Source: Octopus bimaculoides (taxonomy: Eukaryota). Taken from it: a stretch of DNA of 64,000 nucleotides. The notes under the pieces were generated by a model. The model was not told the DNA's origin. It made no database searches and saw nothing but the letters and a program-made list of their open reading frames with translations. A program made the position numbers and the translations under genes. The stretch spans positions 60,451,474-60,515,473 of the forward strand of contig NC_068983.1 of NCBI RefSeq assembly GCF_001194135.2, given 5' to 3'. Below, one piece after another: positions 28,956 through 40,712 of this stretch. Numbering within the stretch: position 1 is the stretch's first letter; each line of letters begins with the position of its first letter.

Positions 28956-29302
28956 CATCAGGTTGTTGTTGTTGTTGTTGTTCTTCAGTGTTTTCAGCTG
29001 TCACAGCTCTGTGCAGAACCTGTACACTTGGTTTGACATCGGGGTCATCTTGGTTGTGAGATTGGTTAACATATGTATACTGACTCCCTACTGCTTCAGC
29101 AGTTTTGAAAGAAGTCTGTTCACTATCATAGAAATAACTGTTCTCTTTAATGCTAATCCCAGTCCCTGCCAGCAGAGTTGAGATTGGGGCCAAAGTGCCA
29201 TCATCAAATACCATTGTCTTCAATGGTGCTCGCGGTACACAGCGACCTGTACACATCTCTTGGTGATTAGTAAAATCCAACTGTCCTGATTCAATGTACT
29301 TC
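28956..29302 (-). CDS. GMEB: GMEB-like protein, coding exon 2 (end of SAND/Zn-binding motif, low-complexity linker with polyQ)
   Basis: Acceptor cccttcag|G completes R, then KYIESGQLDFTNHQEMCTGRC (compare GMEB RKMMDSGQIDFYQHDKVCSNTC) through EEQQQQQQPD. Donor g|gtatgt (phase 1). Confidence 0.88.
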
Positions 29303-30376
29303 CTGAAGGGAACGAAATTGAAGACATTTAGAACAACTATACACCTCTTTATACATTTGTATTATCATCATCATTATTTAACATCTACTTTTCCAAGCCT
29401 ACCAGACAGAATTTCTTGAGGCAGATTTTCAACAGCCTGATGTCTTTCCTACAAACATCACATGATGTCAAAACTAGGATACACATACACACACGTAAAT
29501 ACATACACAATATATTAATGTGTAAGATGCTGAGCACTCCACAGACACAGGTACCCTTAATGTAGTTCTCAGGAAGATTCAGCATGACATAGAATGAGAC
29601 AAGGCTGGCCCTTTGAATTACAGCTACAGCTCATTTTTGCCAGCTGAGTGGACTGGAGCAACGTGAAATCATCTTGCTCAAGGAAACAATATGCTACCAG
29701 GTATCAAACTCACGAGCTTACGATCATAAGGTGAGTACCCTAACCACTTAGCTATGCACAAGAGTAGATAGAGATGGGGGTGGAGGTGAATGTAGTAAGT
29801 GATGAACAGGAGTGGAGGGGCAGCTTGAGACATAAAAATGATAACAGTGATGTCTTGACTATTAAGTATTGTTTGTATCATCAAAGTATACAAATCAATA
29901 AATTCTACACAAATAGATTCTATAATTTCCCAAAATTTTGCTTGTTTATAAACATGAAGCATCACTGCATTGATAAATCATATATCATTAAATTTCTTAG
30001 AATAGATTAACATGTGGCTGTGTGATAAGAAACTTGCTTCCCAACCACATGGTTCCAGGTTCAGTTCCACTGCATGGTACCTTGGGCAAGTATTTTCTAC
30101 TATAGCCTCAGGCAGGCCAAAGCCTAGTAAGTGGATTTAGTAGACAGAAACTGAAAGACTATTGTGTATGTGTCTGTGTTTGTGTCTATGGTCCTGTAAC
30201 TTAGTGCTTCAGCAAAAGAGACTGATAGAATAAGTACCAGGCTTTAAAAAAAAAAGTACTGGAATTGATTCATTCATTCGACTAAAATTCTTCAAGGTGG
30301 TGCCTCAATTCCAAATAAGGTAAAAACTGTGATAAAAAAAACTTTAATGAAACAGATCAAAAACAAGATGAAATAC

Positions 30377-30588
30377 CTGAGTTGGATGCCATTCATTCGA
30401 ACAGCATTCTTCCAGTCTTTCAGCTTTTCTTTCTCACCCATGACAGAAAACAGTTTTGGAGAGATAAAACGGCCTTCAAACTCAATACATTCTCGGTGAA
30501 TGCCAGGACAAATAAATTTCTCCATATGTAGTTTACCAACCAAATTTCCACAGGTGACTGTAATCACCCCTGCACTATCTTCGGTCAT
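30377..30588 (-). CDS. GMEB: GMEB-like SAND-domain protein, coding exon 1 (SAND domain)
   Basis: Translates MTEDSAGVITVTCGNLVGKLHMEKFICPGIHRECIEFEGRFISPKLFSVMGEKEKLKDWKNAVRMNGIQL(R). This matches the GMEB SAND pattern (TCG...KFxCPGI...C...ISPK.F...LKDWK.AIR). Acceptor tcttatag|ATG; donor ag|gtattt (phase 2). Confidence 0.88.
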
Positions 30589-30975
30589 CTATAAGATAGA
30601 ATTGAATTTTACTAAGATAATAAGTAGTAGCTGTTAGACAAATACATTTTCAATAGGCTGCAATGAAACATTGCTATCAAATTTTGGTACAGGGTCAGAA
30701 ATTTGGGGGGAGGGGACAAGTCAATGACAATGACCGCCTCTGCACTCATTTTATTGAAAGGAAGAAAGGCAAAGTCAATCACAAAAGTTTAAAAGGCAAA
30801 ACCTCAGCTGAATTTAAACTCAGCACATAAAGACAAACAAAATACCACTATGCATTTTGCCGGCTGTGCTAAAAATTCTGTCAGCTCGCCATTTTAGGCT
30901 GCAATGAAATATTGAATGTAATTTCAATCAAAAGGATTATTGTCATAATCATCATCATTTAATGCCTGTCTTCTA

Positions 30976-31552
30976 CAGGGTGTGCCAAAAAATGTACTCA
31001 CATTTTGACTCTCCATAACTCACTGGATTTTTCATTTCTTTTTGGATCAAATTGATCCTAATAATGGCAGAAATATGACAAAGATTTGAAGGAGAAAATT
31101 CATCAAAAAGTGCAACTTGGAAGCATTGAAACATCGTGGAAGTGCTAAGACAATTTGAAGTCATTTTCACAAAGATCCACCAATGCAATGCAACACTGCT
31201 CGCATCCAAGATAAATTTGAATCAGATGGAACTGTGCAAGACATCCATAAGGAGCATTCAAGAAAGTAAAGAAAAAGGAATTGCCATAAAGGGAAAAGAA
31301 TTGCTGGAAACCCTTCACTGTTCCCCACAGAAATCTGTATGACAAATGACTCATGAGAGAGGAATCCCCGATTCAAGCACCTGTTGCATTTTGGAGCGGG
31401 TTCATTGGAAATGTTACATGTGAACATTAACCATGCTCTAAATGAAGATGATTTATCCATTTATGCATTTAACCATCAATCTTGTTTCTAAGACAATCAA
31501 CAATGCATTTATTGCCATTTAAAGAGAGTACATCTTTGGTGGGGATACCCTG
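30976..31552 (+). mobile_element. Degenerate Tc1-like element
   Basis: ta|cagggtgtgccaaaaaatgtactcac and gagtacatc...ataccctg|ta termini; internal decayed transposase-like sequence. Confidence 0.6.
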
Positions 31553-34500
31553 TATATTGGCATGGATTGGATGGCTTGACAGGACCCAACTAGCCAGAGG
31601 ACTGTGCTGTGTTCCAGTGTATGTTTTGGCATGATTTCTACAGCTGGAAGCCCTTCCACAACAACACGACAAACAACCCATTAATTTAGTTTCAAATTTT
31701 GACACAAGGAAGGGTTAAGTCGATCACATGACCCCCCAGTGCATAACTGCTATTTCTTTTTTCAACCAACTTCAACTTAGAATATAAAGACAAATGAAAT
31801 GTTGCTAAGCATTTTGACCAGTGAGCTAATGTTCTGCCAGCTTGCTGTCTTAAACAACTCATTAACTTCAACCAATGTCTTCTTAGCAGTATCCTAAGAC
31901 ATTAATCCATGCTCTGAATGAAGACAATTTATCCATTTATGCATTTAACCATCAATCTTGTTTCTAAGACAATACTGAGGTATTTAACCTTTATGTTACC
32001 ATATTTCTGTTGAAATACATTATTTCACTTTACACATTAATTTTTTTTTAAATAACGAAGAATTTAATGAATTAACTTCGTCATTTTTAAGTTGATGTTC
32101 CCAACATAAATTAACATGAAATTTTAATGGTAAGTTTTAATTTAGATGATTTTAAAATGGGAAGTTTGTACCATAAAGCCAGGGGCAATCTCAGGTGGTT
32201 TGGTATCAAAAGTGTTTAAATAGAAACCTAATTACATGAGATTTCAATTGGTCAACACCAACATAATATATATACCAATACATAAATTTACAGGTATTTC
32301 ACTAAATACTTTGAAAATCTTGATTATATTGAAAATTTATAGGAATACATAGACAGGTTACTTGTTAAAATGTAGTTAAAGAAAGCGTGAAGCAAGAACA
32401 ATGCTGGACTACATGGCAATACAGGAATTACCATAATTGATGGTATAAAAGATGCACAGCATATTCAAGGGAAACGTTTTTAGGGCATTAAAGCATGTAA
32501 TATGTAAAGCAACATAGTATACAAGAACTGCCCATCATTGTTTCGGGGTCAATAATAAGTACCAGTGAAGAATTTGGAATCAATTTAATTGACTTATGCT
32601 CTCTCTCTAAAATTCCTGGCCTTGTGCCAAAATTTAAAATTATTATTATGATGATGATGATGAGAGCAATGCACACCATCAAAGTGATGGTGGGGTACAA
32701 ATATATGAAGCCCAATATACTATCCGATAAGGATACACCAGGCACATGCATGTGTGTGACATGGTGACCTCATATCAAGATAAACAGCACATGACCTCAC
32801 AGGTGGAGCCCTGTTAGAATTTTCTTCAGGTCGAGTTCATCCTGCTTAAAACATCCCTGAATAAGGATTAAGGATGATGGGTGAAACACTTCTCAACACA
32901 TGGTTATGATGCTCCCCTACTATTTCTGCTTGTGATCAGAGATGCACATCTCATCAGCCATTAAGTGACATGCGCAACTGGTTCTAGTCAAGCAGCTGAC
33001 AAGCAAATCTGTGGTATTGAGCAGAATATTTGCTGTAGCCCATCTTTTTATACCAAGACAAAACATGTACATGTTAACACTTCCAATCAGTTAAGATCAG
33101 AAGCCATGAGAGTCACTGCTTGGTCCTGCATCAGGGCATATAGTATTATTATTAATTGGTAAACTAGCAAAAATCTTTAGCATGTCAGGCAAATTGCTTA
33201 GTGGCATTTCTTCTGGCTCTTTCTCTGGTTCTTAGTTCAAATACTGCCAAGGCTGACACTTTGCATTCACCCTTCCTGGGTTTCATAAGATAAATACCTT
33301 TTCTACTCTAGGCACAAGGCCTGAAATTTTGGAAGAGGAGGGCCAGTCGATTAGATCGACTCCAGTCCGCAACTGGTACTTATCGATCCCAAAAGGATGA
33401 GAGGCAAAGTCGACCACGGCGGAATTTGAACTCAGAATGTAAAGACAGACGAAATACTGCTAAGCATTTCGCCTGGCGTGCTAACGTTTCTGCCAGCTTG
33501 CCACCTTTTCATAAAATAAATACCAGCAAAGCACTGATATCAACATAATAATTATGAAATTTTAACGTGTATAAATAAGGAACCCATTTTTGTCAAAAAT
33601 TAGGTTTAAAAAATATGGGAGTTTCTTACACATGAATAGTATTATAATCCCTTACAAAACCTTTTCCCAAATTTTAAGCCCCCAAAATTAGGGGGTTCCT
33701 TATACACGTTAAAATACGGTATTTTGTTGCCAAATAAAATCATTATCACTGTTATTATAATTACTGCTCTGCAGTATTTTATTCTGTTTCATTTATGTTC
33801 TAAATTCAAATCCAACCCATATCTCAATTTTGTTTTTCCCTACGTTCTGGGTTAGTAAAATAAAGTTCTATAAACAACTATTACCTCTCCCACAAAAGAA
33901 AAAAAAATTCTGGCCTTCTGCCTGTGTTAGAAATAACAACTGTTATTTATCATTCCTACGTGAGGAAGCAGACAAGAAGAAAACATAACTCGAGCTAGAA
34001 GAGTTGTCTAAATTCCATGATAGGTGCGAAGGTAACAAGTGCTTGCTTGCATATTATTATTGCTGCTGTTGTTGTTGTTGTTGTTCCACAACAACTCTGC
34101 CTTTCCACGACGATGAAATAAAATACCAGTCAAGTCCTGGGGCCGGTGAAATCAACTGTCGCCACCTTTTCTGGAAATTGTTGGACTTGTGCCAAGATCA
34201 GAACGAATTATTATTGTTGTTATAAAAATATATCTAGGCAAAAGTTTTAAGAGCCAAATATAACCAAATTCTCTAAATGTGTTTAGTAAAGAAAGATCAC
34301 GTTCACAAACCACAGGTCGATGACATAATGTTGCCTTCAGGGGTCATTATCTGCTACAAAGAGTAGCTAAATCTCCCTCAAAAGAAACTCTTACCGTCTT
34401 AAGCAAAGTAAAGACACCGAAATAACGTATTTTATTGTGAACTATACGAGTATCATTGCTGTCTTTACTTGACTTATTGCAGTTCTTTTGCTCTCACCAC

Positions 34501-35119
34501 CACCTTTCATCTTTTTCCGATAAAGTTGTGTTCTAAAGCACCGGGGAAAAAATGCTGAGCGATATTTGTTGCAACTCTTTACGTTCTCAAATCAAATCCG
34601 AGACTGTCTTTCATTGGGTCGATAAAATAAGTAACAGTCAAGTACTGGGATCAATGTAATCCACTAACCACCTCCCCATAAAATTCCAGCCCTTGTCTAT
34701 TCGCAGTAATAGAATTATTGTTATTAATTAAGGTGGTGAACTTGCAGAATCGTTAGAGCCTCGCAGTGTTACCTCCGGCTCTTTACATTCCCAGTTCAAA
34801 CTCCACCGATGTCGACTTTACTGTTCATCCTTATGGGGCAGGTGACATAAGGTACCAGTCAAGTACTGGCGTCGATGGTATCAATTTATCAACCCCCTCC
34901 AAAGTGTCCCTGAAAATTGAGGCCTTGTCCCTAAATCGGAAATTATTATTATTTTATATGCCACGACGAGAAAGTTATGGATAGAGACTTTTCGATTAAA
35001 GGCATGCTGTATCAATAAGAACATAAAGGAAAATAATGCAAACAATAATAATAATAATAATTTCATGTGTGTGTGTGTTATATGAAGAACAAAGAAAAAA
35101 AACTTCATTTTATACCCAC

Positions 35120-35780
35120 CTTTGATTAAAGTATGAAAGTTAAAAACCAGCTGAGCAGGGACAGAAATTAATGAGGATTTGGGGGGAAGACGGAAATAAC
35201 GAATAAAACCAAATACGGTGGTAACATTTATATAGAAGAAATATATATATGTGGATACATATTGATCTATTGTTTTGTTTCAATATATTCAATAACAACA
35301 CTGACCAGAGAGAGGAATGTTGTAACGACTATATAAATATATAAATGTGCCCACCCACACAGAGGAGAGGTGAAACTATTATCGTACAACAGTTGGGGAG
35401 AGAGAGAAAGTTACATTGTCAAGAAAGAACTTAACAAATGCAAAGTTCGATCGATCACAAGATTTTGCAGAAATTTAAACAATTATATTATAATATATTT
35501 ATTATTTTGTTAAGTGATGTGTGTATATTTTGTGTGATTATAAAATAATGTCGTGGATACTAAGAGATTGAGGGTGAAAGGTGCTATTTTTTTGTCTTTG
35601 TTTGTGCAGTTTTTGTATTTGTTGTTTCTTAATTTTTTTTTTTCTTTAAGGTCGACGTTTTAAAACAAATAGGGAAAAACAAAATATGGCGAGAGAAAAA
35701 AAAAAGAAAGAGTGTTTTAAACGAGACGAAAACTTCGATCAAAGCATGGTAAGAATTCTGGTGAACAACTGAAGACGGTA
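35120..35780 (-). other. Candidate non-coding first exon (5' UTR) of the GMEB-like gene
   Basis: Non-repetitive sequence directly downstream (minus sense) of the CpG-rich block, ending at a plausible donor AAG|GTGGGT at 35120/35119. The TSS is not determined. Confidence 0.3.
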
Positions 35781-35990
35781 ACGTGCCCCATTTTAACGTC
35801 GAGAAACAAATATGGACGTTGCTTTGAACGGAAACGGACACTGACGTCATTGACGTTTCCCATACGTCACGACTCGGTGTGCCACGTGAGCGTTGCGTTC
35901 CGCCAACCCCGTCGCGAGCTTCTCGCCACCTTCGTCGTCATCGTTGTTCTCGAAAGTCGTTGGGTGACGTTACTTTTAGAAAGGAAGAGG
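35640..35990. promoter_or_regulatory. CpG-rich promoter-like block with CRE (TGACGTCA, 35842-35849), E-box (CACGTG, 35883-35888), YY1-like (CGCCATATTT on minus) and 9 ACGT cores
   Basis: Abrupt CpG enrichment in a CpG-poor window; motifs read directly from the sequence; lies upstream of the minus-strand gene. Confidence 0.6.
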
Positions 35991-36562
35991 AAAAGTAAGA
36001 GAAGAGAACACCAGAGAATGGTTGACCTCCTACCACACAGATATGTCATGTGCTTGCTAGACTAGCCTCGTTGTGAAAGTTGTATTGAACTCTTTCGGAA
36101 AGTTCAGGTTTTGATGGAACATTGATTTATTTGCGGCGAGTCTGATAAAAGATAAAAAAAAAAGTTATCGTCGAAAGAAGTAAACATCCCACACGCAATT
36201 CTGATTTATAATGGAATCCATTTCATTCGACTTCCACTGTTAATATGTTTCAGGAGAGGCTTGAATATCACAACTTCTCGTTCTCTAGAATCGGCATCTA
36301 TTTCTAGCATATAGGAGTCCACTTTTGCTGGTCATTCCTCTTATTTTTGTATGTAATATTATAATTTTAATCTTCGGATTTTTTTTTAATATGCTAGACC
36401 ACTGGTTCTAATTGATTAATATCAATTTCGGTAATCTTCCAGTTTCGAGGGGTAAAAGAAATATTCAAGGGAAATAACTTCAGTCTTATATGTATAGAAA
36501 TATATATCGTCCTATTAAGTTGCTGTATGTATGTATGTAAATCTACGTGTGCAGTATATATA

Positions 36563-36982
36563 NNNNNNNNNNNNNNNNNNNNNNNNNNNNNNNNNNNNNN
36601 NNNNNNNNNNNNNNNNNNNNNNNNNNNNNNNNNNNNNNNNNNNNNNNNNNNNNNNNNNNNNNNNNNNNNNNNNNNNNNNNNNNNNNNNNNNNNNNNNNNN
36701 NNNNNNNNNNNNNNNNNNNNNNNNNNNNNNNNNNNNNNNNNNNNNNNNNNNNNNNNNNNNNNNNNNNNNNNNNNNNNNNNNNNNNNNNNNNNNNNNNNNN
36801 NNNNNNNNNNNNNNNNNNNNNNNNNNNNNNNNNNNNNNNNNNNNNNNNNNNNNNNNNNNNNNNNNNNNNNNNNNNNNNNNNNNNNNNNNNNNNNNNNNNN
36901 NNNNNNNNNNNNNNNNNNNNNNNNNNNNNNNNNNNNNNNNNNNNNNNNNNNNNNNNNNNNNNNNNNNNNNNNNNNNNNNNNN
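36563..36982. other. Assembly gap (N). Other gaps: 39113-39185 and 60801-61421
   Basis: Runs of N. Confidence 1.
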
Positions 36983-37100
36983 GACACCACTCGAATTTGT
37001 TTCCCTTTTGAATTTTAACATGTTCTAATCTGTTAATGAGGAGATAAATCAAAGAGATATTTCACTCATCTACTAACTGCGTATATGATCATGCACTTAC

Positions 37101-37367
37101 TGATATTTTAAATACTTCGTTTGGAAAAACGGATGGCAAGGGGTGATCTTTCGATGGTCCATTAGAATTGACGAAATGCTGGGAACACATTTGGCTATTT
37201 GCAGTGTAAACAAAGTCTTTCTTCATAAGTCTCGATCTCTGAAGCCAAATACGACGAATAGCTACGTTTGCAGGATATCTATGTAGTGAAATAACTTTAC
37301 CGTCTACCTTCTTCCCTCTATAGTGGCTGCATATACAGCAGTATTTGCGTGATTTCTTCGGAGACAT
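37101..37367 (-). CDS. THAP zinc-finger (C2CH) coding exon/ORF, probably transposon-derived
   Basis: MSPKKSRKYCCICSHY...ISLHRYP...RRIWL...MCSQHF...PLPSVFP has the conserved C, C, P, W, CxxHF and AVPTIF-like box. It ends at donor tca|GTAAGT (phase 0); unspliced, it stops 4 codons later at 37089. Confidence 0.75.
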
Positions 37368-38988
37368 TAACCGGTCAATACAGTATGTGAGTCGTTAGTC
37401 TGCGGAAGTTAAAACAAGTCACTGAGCATGCGTACATGTCATACGGGAGAGTTCCAATCAGGGGTCGATAACAACCTTATAGGCACCCCTTATAGGAACA
37501 ACCTTATAGGCGGTGAATTGGCAAAGTCGACAGTACACACTGTACAAAATACTTCACGACATTTCTTTCCTCTTAACGTTTTGAGTTCAAATACCACCGA
37601 AGTCGACTTTGCGTTACAACTTGTGGAGATCGATAAAATAGACGCCAATTGAGTACTGGGGTCAATGTAATCGACTAACCGCTTCCCCCAAAATTTCAGG
37701 TTTTGTACCGATAATAGAAAAGATTCTCTTTTCTTATAATTTAGAAAACTTTTAATGCCTCGTCAATTTAAATTGCTGTTCCTTGCTTGTGTTTAAATTA
37801 ATTGTAGAGAAAATTAAATTACGTTTATACATTTCTTAATGACAAATTTCTTGACTGACTCGATCAGTTCACAGAATTGCTACAGCATGGCAGTGAAGGG
37901 ACGGAAGTGATAAATCTTACCCTATTAATTGAACAAAATACTGTGAATCGTCTACTTGGCCTATGCTCAAACTTTATCAGTTGTTTGTTGTTGCTGCACC
38001 GAGCGAAGATCGTGGCCGTCAGGCACAGTTCGACAGGTCACGATCGGGGCCCAGATAGATGCATTTCATTTATGGGCGTTTGTTTGGGGGGGGGGCGCTA
38101 ATGTCACTCAGACGCTCCGATACTACCACCACCCTCCCCGAATGCAAGGACTAATAGTTCAACTAATGGCTTTTCATATGGTGTTTGCCACGATTATATA
38201 CTAAGAAGGTATTTTAACTATTTCTTTGTTTGTTTTTTTTTATGTGTGCGTGGTAGTTTCATTTTCCTGCTATGTAAGTGCAAATCCCAGCGCTTAATGG
38301 GTTAAGCAGTTTCAGCTGGAGCAGAGAAATATTTCGACTTGGTTACCATCTCACTTATTTCTGTTTGAGAAGCAAGAGAAAACTCACTCGATGATAGGAT
38401 TGGGGTGCAGTTTCTAATTTCACTCGATTATTTATTTATTCATTCATTCATTCATTAATGTCGCATTTAATGAACAATGCCGTCGTTTTGAACAGATTTG
38501 CGACTGACTGATGTTTCCTTTTAAGTTTCAAAAGTGGTAATTATCAGGGAACGTTAACGAACCACGAGAGCAAATAACAATTTGTACACAAATATTCATT
38601 GGGTTTTTTTTATTATTATCATTATTTATCTTCTATCTTTTATTTGTTTATGAATATTTTTAGTCGAATAAATGAACCTCAGTAATTTTTTTTTCACATT
38701 TATTTATTCTAGCGATCTCTTGCCAAACCGCTAAGTTACGGGGATGTAAACAAACCAACACCGGTTGTGGAGCGGTGTAGGACCGATCCTGAAAGAATGA
38801 AAGGGAAAGTCGACCTCGGCGGAATTTGAACCCAGAACGTAGCAACAGGCCAATTACCGCTAAACATTTTCGGCCAGCTCGCCGCCTTAACAAACGTATG
38901 ATATACACGGCGGACTTCTTTCACTTTCCATTTATCAACTCCACTCACAAGGCTTTGGTCGGCCCGAGGCTATAGTAAAAGACACTTG

Positions 38989-39486
38989 GGATCTATTTTA
39001 AAACGGGGGCGCCAGTATTTTCTTAACGAAACACTTTGAAACTTGGGACACTGGTAGAATGTGTCATATAAAACATCTTTTACTCTTAGTCTTCTTAACA
39101 AAAAAAAGGAATNNNNNNNNNNNNNNNNNNNNNNNNNNNNNNNNNNNNNNNNNNNNNNNNNNNNNNNNNNNNNNNNNNNNNNNNNTTTTAGAGTTCGGAT
39201 TCTAGAGTTATGGTTAGGGTTACGGTTAACAGTCTAGTTAGGGTTAGGGGATTAATACGATATACACCGTTACAGCGCTAACTGTTTTCAACTGAATAGA
39301 CGTCAGTGATTAGTAGAAATTATCGAAATAAGACAATTTTTTACATTAAATAAATTCGAATACAAAAATATTTTTCTGTTCTATAACACAAAATAGATAA
39401 GTATACGAAGTTTGAAAGTCTTTCCGTACCAAAAACACTACATAAAACATAAATGAAAACTGGCGCCCCCGTTTTAAAATAGATCC
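38989..39486. mobile_element. Non-autonomous DNA transposon with 28-bp perfect TIRs starting GG and an 8-bp TSD (Merlin-like MITE), inserted in a SINE
   Basis: TIR ggatctattttaaaacgggggcgccagt at 38989-39016 and its reverse complement at 39459-39486. TSD gacacttg at 38981-38988 and 39487-39494. Contains an N gap. Confidence 0.88.
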
Positions 39487-39946
39487 GACACTTGCCCGTC
39501 GTTGGGAAGCAGGTTTCTTACCACACAATTTATTATTGTTATTTATTTATTTTTTTTAACTCACTTATGTTTACATATTTCAGTGAAAGATGCACAAATT
39601 ACATTGTAAAGTTATAGGGGGTTGCAACGCGTTGTGTTCTGGGGCAAAACAGTTCACTGCACGTCAGTCTGCGGGTGAGATAGCGGTAGATTCGTTGGCG
39701 TGTCGGCAGAGATGCTTTATGATATATCTTCCAGCTATCTACATTTTGGGTTCAAATCCCACCTGATCGGAGAAGGAAACATGAAATTGTTCCAGTATTA
39801 GTCCCAAATGTAGTCATGGAAGTAATCTACTTAATGGTGGCAGTGGGGTAAGGACCTTCCCAGGTCATATAGAAAGTACTGGAGAAAGTTCACATGCACA
39901 GGACCTACCAAGGGCAGACTACCGCTCGACTCTATCTATCTATCTA

Positions 39947-39993
<47 letters not shown>

Positions 39994-40296
39994 ATCTGTG
40001 TGTGTGTGTATACTTTTATTAAAGCTGCAAAGCTATCACTAAACTGTTTCACGTTCCCGTTCGTCGGACAGTTGTGATGAAAACTTGCAGCTTTAATAAA
40101 AATATATTACTCTACCTTTGGTATTCGAGTACTATTTTTTCCACTCTGTTTTGCACTTATATGCTGACCCGTGTGTTTCTCTATGTGTATGGAGGGAGGG
40201 AGGTGTATGCTGCCTAAGAATCCATAAGTCAGGGAAAAAATGCACCCGTATATCTATCAGTAGAGTGGGTATATTAATCGAGGTGTTACAGTAATA

Positions 40297-40528
40297 TATT
40301 GGGTTGTCCGGAAAGTTCGTGCCGATTTTTAAAGGAAAGAAAAAGGTCAATAAATACTTGCCATTACATTTTTAATCAACCAAATATGAACCATTTTGTT
40401 GCACAATGCGTCTCCATCTTTCCTTTAACTTGAAAATATCCTCTTCCCAGAATTGAGGTGGTTTCATGTCAAATAAGTCGAAAGGTAAGCTTCTATAAAT
40501 CGGCACGAACTTTCCGGACAACCCAATA
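40297..40528 (-). mobile_element. Mariner MITE/deletion derivative with 32-bp TIRs, flanked by TA
   Basis: tattgggttgtccggaaagttcgtgccgattt at 40297-40328 and its reverse complement at 40497-40528. Internal KLKERWRRIVQQNGSYLVD* (mariner C-terminus). Confidence 0.92.
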
Positions 40529-40565
40529 TATCCATTATGGTCTACCAATCGGTTTGGCGCTAGGA

Positions 40566-40712
40566 CAGTGGTTCCCAACCTGTGGCCCGCAAAGGCAGTA
40601 CTGGGGATTCATCAGCATGTTAAGCTGACGGACTTTTCAATATGCTGGGGTCCACAGGAAAATTAATTTAAACAAAAGGGGTCCTTGGTAGTGAAAAGGC
40701 TGGGAACAGCTG
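40566..40712. mobile_element. hAT-like MITE
   Basis: cagtggttcccaacc ... ggctgggaacagctg; TSD cgctagga / cactaggg. Confidence 0.7.

Noticed and set aside
36394-37052. ORFs spanning the N run (also 60733-61461)
   Set aside because: Artefacts of assembly gaps.
39208-39250. TTAGGG-like repeats suggesting an interstitial telomere
   Set aside because: Only a few degenerate units, and they are internal to the TIR-bounded MITE.
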